32,461 nt of DNA from Octopus bimaculoides (lineage: Eukaryota), in contig NC_068993.1 of assembly GCF_001194135.2 (NCBI RefSeq), positions 39,345,576 through 39,378,036 of the forward strand, given 5' to 3'. Positions 1-9,050 of the stretch are shown piece by piece. Numbering within the stretch: position 1 is the first letter of the stretch; every line of letters starts with the position of its first letter. The position numbers were made by a program, and so were the translations under genes. The notes below the pieces were generated by a model. It made no database searches, was not told where the DNA came from, and worked only from the letters and a program-made list of their open reading frames with translations.

Positions 1-54
<54 letters not shown>

Positions 55-148
55 CATATATATATATACATATGTACATATATAAGTATGTGTGTATATA
101 TAAATATACACGTATATGAGAAGTATACACACACACACACACACATAT
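1..148. repeat. (TA)n / (CA)n microsatellite tract
   Basis: Direct reading of dinucleotide runs. Confidence 0.95.
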
Positions 149-461
149 GTATCTTCAACATTTCAGAAATGAGGTGGTGGACTGGAAGGAATGTGAATAA
201 AAAAAAAAAAAGGTAAAATCAATTGCTAATAGTTGGAATGTTCTGTATCTATATGTCTGGGCAGCAGATCACTGTCAAACTAACGTTTATATCTGCTTCA
301 GTTAGGTTATTACTGCAGTATTATTGTTTCCACTGTGATCTAATGAGCTGTATAACCACCGTAAGGACCATAAAATCTTGCTAATAAAAAGGTCTAGTGA
401 TACGTTATAATTACTGGATCGCCAACATGGCACACAGAAAAGGTTTGTGTTCTTGTTTTGC

Positions 462-643
462 TTATATGCTTTCTTTTTGCTTCTTTTTTTCTTTCTTTCT
501 GTTCCTATTTTCTCTATATTTCTCTCTCTCTCTCTCTCTCACTTGCTCACTCACACTATTTAACAACAGGGCGAGAGGTGGGTTGTGTTAGAGTATCATA
601 ACCAATCGTCAGTCAATCTTAGAACAGTGTGGGTGTCTCTATC

Positions 644-678
<35 letters not shown>

Positions 679-735
679 TCTTTCTCTGTCTCTGTTTGTC
701 TGTCCGTCTGTCTGTCTGTCTATCTGTCTCTTACA
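462..735. repeat. Pyrimidine-rich tracts: (TC)n and (TCTG)n microsatellites
   Basis: Runs at about 462-545 and 640-735; they generate the Leu/Ser-rich spurious ORFs 397..591 and 585..812. Confidence 0.9.
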
Positions 736-1465
736 TCTATAGCCATCAACCTGTCATCGTTGACAGGTTGCAAGAACAAAGTGAATTGGGAATGCTGCCA
801 GAGCAAGTATGAAAATGAATTAATTTGCTGTTTGATAACTGTTTGAATCGAGAAGTAATGGCAAATGATGAACAGCAACAACAAACAAAGCAACAACAAG
901 GACAACAAAATAAAAAATAAACAACAACAAACGAAAAGAAAACACACAGGAAATGCAGAAACAAACAACAGACAAAGAAGATCTGTTTAATGAATTGTCC
1001 AAAATAACTGCCTTTTATCCAGTCATTCAAAAGATTAAATGATTAATTTGAGAGTATTTTAAGGCTTGATTTGTACTGAAACTGTCAGCTGGATGCCCAA
1101 ACCTATAATTTATGTAAATTTACAGTTCCATAATCAACTACTTCAGTGAAAAGAGCATGTTATTTCGACATTGTTCTTTAATCAAACAGCAAAATTATTG
1201 GTGAATTTTAAGTAAGATCTGAATACACAATTGCATAGATATAGCATGCACTTTATCGCTCAACTTATTGAATTTTGTTGCTTCATATCTCACTAATGAG
1301 TAGACTTGTTCATCTATTCTTATAAGCAAATTTTGATATAGATGTCAATAGATAGAAGCAAACCACATGTTTAGCATACCCTGAAAATATATATATCACC
1401 CATTTTAGCAGACTCGGTTAAGTATTCTTGCAGAGACCTATGCTATAGAAGATATATTCCCTTAA

Positions 1466-1900
1466 CCTTTTAGCATTCAGATTATTTTGGTCAAATATAA
1501 TCTATATATATATATATATAAAATTTAGAATGTGTGTGTGTGTGTGTCTGTGTGAATCCCTAAAACTCCAGAACTTACACAACCAATTTCATTCAAATTT
1601 TACACATGCCTTACTTAGGGTCCCGGTTGTGTTTTAGTCAAAAACAATTTTTAACTTCTTGCATACTTCCAGCCCACAGCAACATCATATCTCCTCCACT
1701 ATTTAAGTATTTCGTGTCAAAGGTGAAACAAAAACACTCATGTCATTCGAACCGGAATCTCAAAAGCATTGTCACCTTACATCTCATTCTCATTTAAGTA
1801 CCATGACAGGCAAATAAAAATTACTTGTACTTATTTATTCACACAGTTTTGAATTAAGTATGTATTATTTCATAGTTTCAAGATTTCATTGATGATATTA
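1466..1900. mobile_element. piggyBac-type MITE remnant, split by a later insertion (pieces 1466-1500 and 1828-about 1900)
   Basis: TTAA (1462-1465) followed by CCTTTTAGCATT. Both pieces match the reverse complement of the right end of the MITE at 13764-13983. Joined, they read GTCAAATATAA|TACTTATTTATTC versus ATCAAATGTAATGCTTATTTATTC in that copy. Confidence 0.7.
1501..1827 (+). mobile_element. Non-autonomous Helitron-like insertion
   Basis: Starts TC-TATATA..AAAA followed by a (GT)n tract, ends CTTG (one mismatch from CTAG). Inserted between A1500 and T1828 of the host MITE with no target-site duplication. No clear 3' GC hairpin. Confidence 0.55.
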
Positions 1901-1901
1901 C

Positions 1902-2411
1902 TTTTACTCTCTTTTACTCTCTCTTTTACTTGCTTCGGTCATTTGACTGCGGCCATGCTGGAGCACCGCCGTTAGTCGAGCATATCGATCCCAGGACTTA
2001 TTCTTTGTAAGCCTGGTACTTATTCTATCAGTCTATTTTGCCGAACCGCTAAGTTACGGGGATGTAAACACATNNNNNNNNNNNNNNNNNNNNNNNNNNN
2101 NNNNNNNNNNNNNNNNNNNNNNNNNNNNNNNNNNNNNNNNNNNNNNNNNNNNNNNNNNNNNNNNNNNNNNNNNNNNNNNNNNNNNNNNNNNNNNNNNNNN
2201 NNNNNNNNNNNNNNNNNNNNNNNNNNNNNNNNNNNNNNNNNNNNNNNNNNNNNNNNNNNNNNNNNNNNNNNNNNNATATATATATATACATATATACGAC
2301 GGGCTACTTTCAGTTTCTGTCTACCAAATCCACTCACAACGCTTTGGTCGGCCTGAGGCTATAGTAGAAGACACTTGCCCCAGGTGCCACGCAGTGGGAC
2401 TGAACCCGGAA
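1902..2411 (-). mobile_element. CORE-type SINE with internal microsatellite (spans gap 2074-2275), 5' truncated
   Basis: Minus strand: GGTTCAGTCCCACTGCGTGGCACCTGGGGCAAGTGTCTTCTACTATAG (B-box then CORE-like GGGCAAGT), (TA)n, then a 3' module GGCGGTGCTCCAGCATGGCCGCAG with a (GAGTAAAA)-type tail. A related copy lies at 12945-13340, and a 5' part at 8893-9050. Confidence 0.8.
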
Positions 2412-3612
2412 CTATTAATTAATTTCTTGCAAAATGATGGAATAATATTGTTCCATTTGTTTTTCAATAATTCCCAGAGTTCATCTTGGTTCTTTGGATT
2501 TCTCTTTAGCGCCCCATCTCCAATAATCTTCCAAACGTTTTCTATAGGGTTGAGATCGGGACTTTGAGGTGGCCCCTTCATCACTAGAAAATCTTTGACT
2601 CTCTTCGCAGTGTAACAGGGAGCGTTGTCTTGCACGAAGCTAGGAGGTTGAACTGACGAGGATGGGAGATGTGGAAGGGCATGCTTTCTAAGAATCTGCT
2701 TGTAGATTTCAGCATTTACGGTCCCTTGTAGGTGAATAAGTGGACCAGGACCAGCAGCAGAGGTCACTCTCCATACAGTTACACTGCCTCCTCCATATTT
2801 CACTGTTTTCTTCAGACATGCACGAGATAACCTTTCACCACTTCTTCGTCGGACGTACATCCTACCATCGGAACCGATCCCATTACACTTCGATTCATCA
2901 CTAAAATGAACCTGTGACTAGTGTTCTTCTGTCCAAATGACATGTTCGTGAGAGAAACGAAGACGGACTCTTTGATTCTTCTTGATGATCAGAGATTCTT
3001 TGCCGATGCCCAGGCAAGCAGCCCAGAACCTCGTCGCCTCCGAGAAACTGTTTTGCGCGATACGTTGACATCAGAAGTGAAGCTAAACTCGCGGGATATC
3101 CCAGCAACACTCTTAAACCTGTCCTTCAGTGACATTCTAACCATAATACGATCCTGTCTTCGTGAAGTTTTACGAGGTTTTAGCTTTAGCATCTGTCGAA
3201 CTCGATGACTTGAAACGAGCTAAAATTCGTTGCACAACACTTCTAGACCTTCCTACAGTAGTTGCTATCATAGAATTTGACTTGCCCTCTTGGTGAAGGC
3301 ACACAATCCCTTGCTTTTCATCACAGAACACCGTTGACAGTTGAATGTTCCAATAATGTAAGATCATAAGAAGTAACTGTTAGCCCATTAACAGTCTTCT
3401 AGACAACAAATACTTCGTTTAGTAGTTCATTTTTATCTAAGTGACGTTTAACTTTTGGCCGCTGCAATTTGGAAGGTTGTTTATTTCCTTATAACTTACG
3501 AAATTCTTGTTCCATTCACTTGAAATTTTCACGAAAGATAGATATTAAATATGTAACAGCTATGAAATTGGTTGGTTAAGGTGGAATCAGTGATCACCAT
3601 TTTTAGGGACTG
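2412..3612 (-). mobile_element. Tc1/mariner DNA transposon, decayed transposase pseudogene, 3' end and second TIR missing
   Basis: Frameshifted pieces assemble into an HTH region (GKSNSMIATTVGRSRSVVQRIL; VSRKTVSRR), HFSDESK, VKYGGGSVTVW, QDNAPCYTAKRV and PPQSPDLNPIENVW. The TIR starts CAGTCCCTAAAAATGG at 3612, next to a TA (3613-3614). Confidence 0.93.
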
Positions 3613-3622
3613 TAGTTTTATG

Positions 3623-3871
3623 AGAAGGAATGCGTGTTCGAAGTCGGGTCACCAATTTATAACGGTTTATTCTTCGTTGCAGTCGAGGGTCACCAATTGT
3701 AACGGTTGTTGTTGAGGTGTTGGTTGCCAGTGTTACGGTTTGCATTATGGTATATGTTGGAGTCGGCAGTTAGCGATTGTATCGGGTGTTGCTGTTACAG
3801 ATGTGCAAGATGGAAGAAGAACAGTGATCGAAGTTGTAAAGAAATATTTATTTACCGTTACTTTGTATAAC
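3623..3871 (-). mobile_element. LTR retrotransposon 5' LTR end plus tRNA-Trp primer-binding site (duplicated), probably Gypsy-like
   Basis: Minus strand reads ...CCGTTACA-AT-TGGTGACCCTCGAC (3705-3682) and ...CCGTTATA-AAT-TGGTGACCCGAC (3665-3643). TGGTGACCCCGAC is the complement of the metazoan tRNA-Trp 3' end. The far LTR boundary (TGTTAT at 3871) is tentative. Confidence 0.6.
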
Positions 3872-4681
3872 ACCATGCCTCGACGGGTAGGTGTGTGTAT
3901 CATATAAAAACAATAGAGTTACCATGTCTTGTATGTTGTTGCTGTTTATGTTTGGTCAACTGCTAACTACCTAACTAGGAATTAGAGGAAGATAGAGTGG
4001 ATGTTAAGCGTAGGAAGTCTATAAAATGGTACCTTCATTGTGCCTGACATTTAAACAGCAGTGGTGTTGTGATAAAACACTGTATCATAGTTGACATTCT
4101 CACTGTAAGCCTCAATTGAATCATTTCACTAACTGGATTCTGCCTGTGGTCACCTCTGCATCATCTCCTTTTTGCCAACTTAACTTTTTCCTTCGGTGTT
4201 TTAGTATTTATAATTATCCAAACTCGTTAGAAGGAGAGACATATTGTTGAGAACAATGAATTTCGTTGGCTGTCTGTTATCTCTATTCTAGCTTTTGGTA
4301 GCCTAGAAGAGGTTAGAAGGGTCAAGTAGCAAAGACATTATTCTGCTTGGCGAAGGCATCTGGCAAATGTAACTGCTGTCACTCACAGAAAAACTATTGT
4401 TTTACCGTGAGAAAAAATGCTGTTGAACTGTTAAGTGAAATTTAGTGATCAAGGATCGAATACACGCCATGCCTGCATGACACCACTACAGATATATCTT
4501 AATATGTATAAAGTATCTAATCTCCACGTGTTGTTAATTTACTGTAATAATTATTTCAATTCATTTGTTCTTCCTGACCCTTATATTATGGCCGCTACTG
4601 TATATATATGTACACACACACACACTTACATACACGCACAAACACACACACACATGTATATGTAAATATATATACACATAC

Positions 4682-5049
4682 AATGTTAAATCTCTGAACG
4701 AGGTATTAACAGTAACTGCACGACAAAGTGAAGTATATTTGCCACTTAAATGTGGCTGACCCCTAAGGGTGGATGTTACTGTTGCTTTTAGCCCCAGGAG
4801 AACATCTCCTCCAGCTGGCTATCGACACACATTTGTGTCCTGTCTATATTTGCAAAGGGAAGTTATCTTTCCCATCTTGATCTGCGATAAGTACCGACTC
4901 GAGTTTCTGGGTATTTTCCCGTCCTCAGCGTACGACAATCGCCGACCTTCGATGTGAAAGATATTTCTTTGCAAATATATATAACTTTTTCCAGTGAAAT
5001 TATTCACTGATCTCGAAAAAGTGAAAACAAGTAATGTTAAATCTCTGAA
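4682..5049 (-). mobile_element. 351-nt highly structured hammerhead-containing repeat monomer (retrozyme-like) with a 17-nt terminal direct repeat
   Basis: AATGTTAAATCTCTGAA at 4682-4698 and 5033-5049; at least seven internal stems; hammerhead core on the minus strand. Confidence 0.6.
4884..4942 (-). ncRNA. Type I hammerhead ribozyme motif (GUC site), two closing-pair mismatches
   Basis: Minus strand: GCGAT-TGTC-GTAC-G-CTGAGGA-C-GGG-AAAATA-CCC-A-GAAA-CTCGAG-TC^G-GTAC-TT-ATCGC. Core CUGAGGA/GAAA/GUC intact; stem III palindrome ACTCGAGT. Confidence 0.7.
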
Positions 5050-5054
5050 TAGAT

Positions 5055-6030
5055 AGTATTGTTACGGGCATTTCGATTAGAATATCAAATCTATCATCGA
5101 ACGAAGAAATTTTTAACCAACACGCGCCAGTTTATAATAACGCTCTGGAGGCAAGCGACTTCAAAACTAGAATTTCATATATACATAACANNNNNNNNNN
5201 GCCCCCCCCCCTTTTTTCCCTCAGGGTAAGAAATTTACCAAAAATGTTCTTTAGGATCTTAGAAAATAATTTTCCTAGGGACCACAAATACTACAGTATT
5301 TGTAACAGGTCTACAATTAAGTGTTCCTACTTTGATATGCCAAGTTTAGTATCCATTATTGCCTCTTTAAATAGGAATAAAATAAATAAGTTAAAGCTAT
5401 GCGAATGTCCGTCTCAGGGAAACCCTGTTTCTAATAAAACCAACTGTAAACCACACGACGATAGTGGAACGGGCTCTTCATTCCCTCGGATTATGCCTAA
5501 ATCTGGGAATGAGATAAATGGAATGGCTGATAAGAATAAATTTGTAAGGGCGGTTAATGATGTTGGAAATGACTTTAAGGGTGGCCGTAAAAAAAGTATG
5601 TAATTGTAGGGACCCTTCTTTATGTCCTCTCGGCGGACTTTGTTTGTCCACAAACGTAGTGTATAGATGCGTAGTTAGAGACGAGGACAAACAAAATAAG
5701 TTTTATATTGGAAGTTCAGTGAATTTTAAAGCCAGGTATAGGGCGCACATGAGCTCTTTTTCTAATGAGAAATATTATAATTCCACAACACTCACCTCTT
5801 ACCTGCATGACCTCAAGAGGAGGAATAGGAAGTACTATCTTGAATGATCAATCTTATCTAGAACCCCCCCAATTTAAGGCTAATATTAGCATGTGCTTAT
5901 TATGCATTAGGGAATCCCTTTCCCTTCTTAGGTCTTTTGGGCCGAAAACCTTGAATAAGTTTATCGAGGTAATCCCTTTTTGCAATCATAAATTTTCCTC
6001 CACCTTCCTAAAACTATATAAAAATAAGAA
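5055..6030 (+). mobile_element. Penelope-like retroelement, 5' truncated pseudogene (RT thumb, Cys-rich linker, GIY-YIG endonuclease)
   Basis: Pieces: ISIRISNLSSNEEI(F)NQHAPVYNNALEAS; PPFS..FFRILENNFPRDHKYYSICNRSTIKCSY; CNCRDPSLCPLGGLCL; NVVYRC..FYIGSSVNFKARYRAH..YNSTTLTSYL; CLLCIRES..LNK..CNH. Frameshifts near 5110 and 5595 and a TGA at 5845-5847. Confidence 0.9.
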
Positions 6031-6441
6031 CAAAAATAATAGTATTAGTAGTGGTAATAATGGTAGTAATGGTGATAGTAATGGTAATGATAGAAATAAA
6101 AATAAAAATAAAAAGACAAAAGTATTGATATAAAAATAATAATAAAAATATGGATACAATGGTAGTGTTTATTTTTTATCATGGCTTACGTTGGATTTGA
6201 AACCTAGTAGTTTTATTTAGTTACCAAACCTGCCTGACTATTCTAAAGGGTATACTAAAAATTAGAATTTTTTTTTNNNNNNNNNNNNNNNNNNNNNNNN
6301 NNNNNNNNNNNNNNNNNNNNNNNNNNNNNNNNNNNNNNNNNNNNNNNNNNNNNNCTAGTCCATATTAATAATTTATTTAAGCTTGCTCTCATGATAAGAA
6401 TTTCTTCTTACTAGTGCCTTCGTTCATGTTTGTATGTGTTT

Positions 6442-6520
6442 CTTTATCCTGAAGAGGGAGTTATCACTAGTTTGTGCTCTAAACACGGTGATATACCCCC
6501 GAAATGGCCATAAGTGTTTC
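6442..6520 (+). ncRNA. Degenerate type I hammerhead ribozyme motif (AUA site), probably the pLTR ribozyme of the Penelope-like element
   Basis: CTGAAGA (6449-6455); long stem II GGGAG-T-TATCAC/GTGATA-TA-CCCCC; GAAA (6501-6504); palindrome ATGGCCAT; triplet ATA (6510-6512). Stem I is weak. Confidence 0.5.
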
Positions 6521-6903
6521 ATGTTTGTATTCCGACCTATATTTGTAATCCATTGTAAATGATGTTAAATTATGGTTTGACTTTACTGATGTTACCTGCT
6601 GGATGTTGATTTAATGTATCGACTTGTGTGCCTTGCTTTTCTTGGACTTAAATAACGCTGATGGTGAAATATGGATTTTACTTTGTTACACATTGGATGT
6701 TGTTATTATGTCGTCCCGTGTACTTCGGTATTCCTGTGTATGAATTACGAAATTGGATTTTACCTGCTAAATTTGCTGTCGTGAGGGAAGTAATGAACTT
6801 TAGTACAATTTAAACTTAAACTTCTTTTATTAGCCATTAACCTCAACGAATGAACTATTTTACTACGTTTCCCTATGNNNNNNNNNNNNNNNNNNNNNNN
6901 NNN

Positions 6904-6936
<33 letters not shown>

Positions 6937-7084
6937 TCCACTATATCTGTACCGGTCTATAATATTTTTAATCAACTTTTTAGTCGCAGTTTATTTATTT
7001 GTTATTCTATTATATTTTTAATCGATTTTATTCTTATGTATAAACATTTTGACTTCCCTTTGCTAATTTGGTTTTGAAAGAATG

Positions 7085-7258
7085 AGAGAAATTTGGGGGT
7101 GAAAGAGTACAACAGGGGTCACCCCCCCTGCCAGAGTCTCGTGGAGCTTTAGGTGTTTTTGCTCAATAAACACACACAACGCCCGGTCTGGGAATCAAAT
7201 ATACGACCCTCCAACCGCGAGTTCATTGCCCTAACCACTGGGCCATTGCACCTCCACA
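7085..7258 (-). mobile_element. tRNA-derived SINE, 5' portion
   Basis: Minus strand TGGCCCAGTGGTTAGGGC (A-box) and a degenerate B-box TTTGATTCCCAGACC; related head at 28195-28350. Confidence 0.7.
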
Positions 7259-7289
7259 GCAGAAAGAATCCCATTATATATATGTGTGC

Positions 7290-7412
7290 ATGTGTGTAAG
7301 AAACCTTGCTCGATCAGATTGGAGTCTGGTGCAACCTCCTGGCTTGCCAGTCCTCAGTCAAACCGTCCAACCCATGCCAGCATGGAAAGCGGAGGTTAAC
7401 CGACGATGATGG
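7290..7412 (+). mobile_element. 3' fragment of the (GAT)n-tailed retroposon family
   Basis: CAGATTGGAGTCTGGTGCAACC...CCAACCCATGCCAGCATGGAAAGCGG..GATGAT, shared with 8700-8840, 11780-12195 and 14715-15375. Confidence 0.8.
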
Positions 7413-7424
7413 TGATTGTATTTT

Positions 7425-7575
7425 GTCTGTCTTTACATTCTGAGTTCAAATTCTGCCAAGGTCAACTTTGCCGTTCGTCTTTTCAAGGTCGATAAAATAA
7501 ACACCCGTCAAGTACTGAGGTCGATGTAATCAACCCACTCCTACCTTCAAAATTGCTGGCCTTGTGCCTACAATT
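7425..7575 (+). mobile_element. SINE family B fragment (TTCTGAGTTCAAATTC..GTCGACTTTGCC..GGGGTCGAT..GGCCTTGTGCC)
   Basis: Matches the many copies at 18.8-20.2 kb, 22.5 kb and 26.5-27.5 kb. Confidence 0.8.
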
Positions 7576-8699
7576 ATTTTCATCACATGTAGGCGTATAT
7601 CACGTATGAAAAGTAAGTCACTTTTATTGTAGAGCATATAAAAAGAGGTTTCGATATTTCTCCATGGTGTGACTTTCGTTCAGTTTCAAATCCCTGCTTT
7701 TGAAGTGAAAAATGATTAAAAGTATTGTGAGTGTATCCTGCTGCGTCAATAACTTACATATGTTGAATCTGAGATATTGTGATGGGGTACTATTAAGTGT
7801 GTTGTAAAATGCCTGACTAAACGACAGATATATTATACGGAAATATCTAAGTCAATGATTATATATATATATATGTATGTATGTGTGTGTGTGTGTGTGT
7901 GTGTGGTTGTGCAGATGTATATATTCATAAATATACTCATATATATATATATGTATGTATATATAGATAGATATGTGCATAAGTTACTGAAGCACCTGAC
8001 TGAAGCAGATATAGAAAATATAGATCTTTTGCCTTCTCTCTTTCACTCTCTCACTCTCTCTCAAGTTACAAATGTGCATAATATGGAGAGAGAGCGATAT
8101 AGGGAAAGAATATGAGAGACTCAGAGAAGGAGAGGAGAAGGAAATTATACTGAAATTAGATGAGCCTCATATATATAAATATATATGGAGATATTTGACT
8201 GTTTACATCATTATCATGTCTGCCACCATTATGCTCCTCATCATCATCATCATATCCATCATCATTATCACTGCCACCACCACAACCATCATGATCATGA
8301 TGATTTGATGGGACTTCTGTGAAGCAGTGCTTTCTATCCAGACACTCTTCCTGATACCACCCACCTACATTCATGTATTAACAGATACAAGGACACAGTA
8401 TACTTATTCTGACATCCCATATACATGTTAATAGTTAAACTATATCAATGGGTCACTATCAGATATATTACTGTTAAAATATCCCATGGTTTTTGTTGTT
8501 CGACTGGGCTCAGTCATTAGAGTACAGCCATGCTGGGGCATCACCATCAAAATATTCTAGTTGATCATACTCAGTTTTTAGATCATACAAATATTCTTCT
8601 TATTGATCTCTTTTTGTCTAAATGTTAACCTGGAACGCAAAAGAATTTTAATTTTTTTACACACATACATATATGCACACATATATAAAAGTAACTAGA

Positions 8700-8840
8700 A
8701 CACTTTGTAAAGTGGTTGGTGTTAAGAAGGGTATCTTGCCAAATCAGACTTGAGTCTGGTGCTGCTCCCCAGCTTACCAGCTCTGGTCAAACTGTCCAGC
8801 CTATGCCAGTATAGACAATGAACATTAAATGATGATGATA
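8700..8840 (+). mobile_element. 3' fragment of the (GAT)n-tailed retroposon family
   Basis: GTGGTTGGTGTTAAGAAGGGTATC...CCAGCCTATGCCAGTATAG..ATGATGAT. Confidence 0.75.
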
Positions 8841-8852
8841 TATGTATGTATG

Positions 8853-8892
<40 letters not shown>

Positions 8893-9050
8893 ATGAGCTT
8901 CTTTCAGCTTCCATCAACTAAATCTACTCACAAGGCATTGATTGACCTGAGGCTATAGTAGAAAACACTTGTCCAAGGTGCCATGCAGTAGAACTGAACC
9001 CTAAGCCATGTGGTTGGGAAGCAAACTTCTTACCATGCAGCCATACCTGT
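8893..9050 (-). mobile_element. CORE-type tRNA-derived SINE, 5' part
   Basis: Same module as 2290-2411 (GAGGCTATAGTAGAA.ACACTTG.CCAAGGTGCCA on the + strand) plus a tRNA-like head. Confidence 0.8.

Noticed and set aside
2321-2411. C-terminal extension SSGFSPTAWHLGQVSSTIASGRPKRCEWIW of the Tc1 ORF
   Set aside because: Read-through into the adjacent SINE; not transposase.
3800-3886. Exon-like segment CAG|ATGTGC...CGACGG|GTAGGT, open in one frame
   Set aside because: Overlaps the putative LTR; peptide unrecognised; splice-like sites are common by chance.
4845-4979. 134-bp MITE suggested by 13-bp terminal inverted repeats
   Set aside because: The inverted repeats are better explained as the extended stem I of the hammerhead within the 351-nt unit.
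5845-5847. In-frame TGA in the PLE nuclease as possible selenocysteine recoding
   Set aside because: It falls at a normally conserved Trp position, the ORF also has frameshifts, and I saw no SECIS.
7200-7258. tRNA genes
   Set aside because: A/B-box sequences here and elsewhere are degenerate SINE heads without a full cloverleaf; the tRNA-Trp match at 3623-3654 is only the 3' part.
7330-7360. Minus-strand CTGAGGA followed by a CTGGC/GCCAG stem in the (GAT)n-tailed family
   Set aside because: GAGG instead of GAAA, 2-nt loop, no stem I or III; not reproduced in the 12.1-kb copy.
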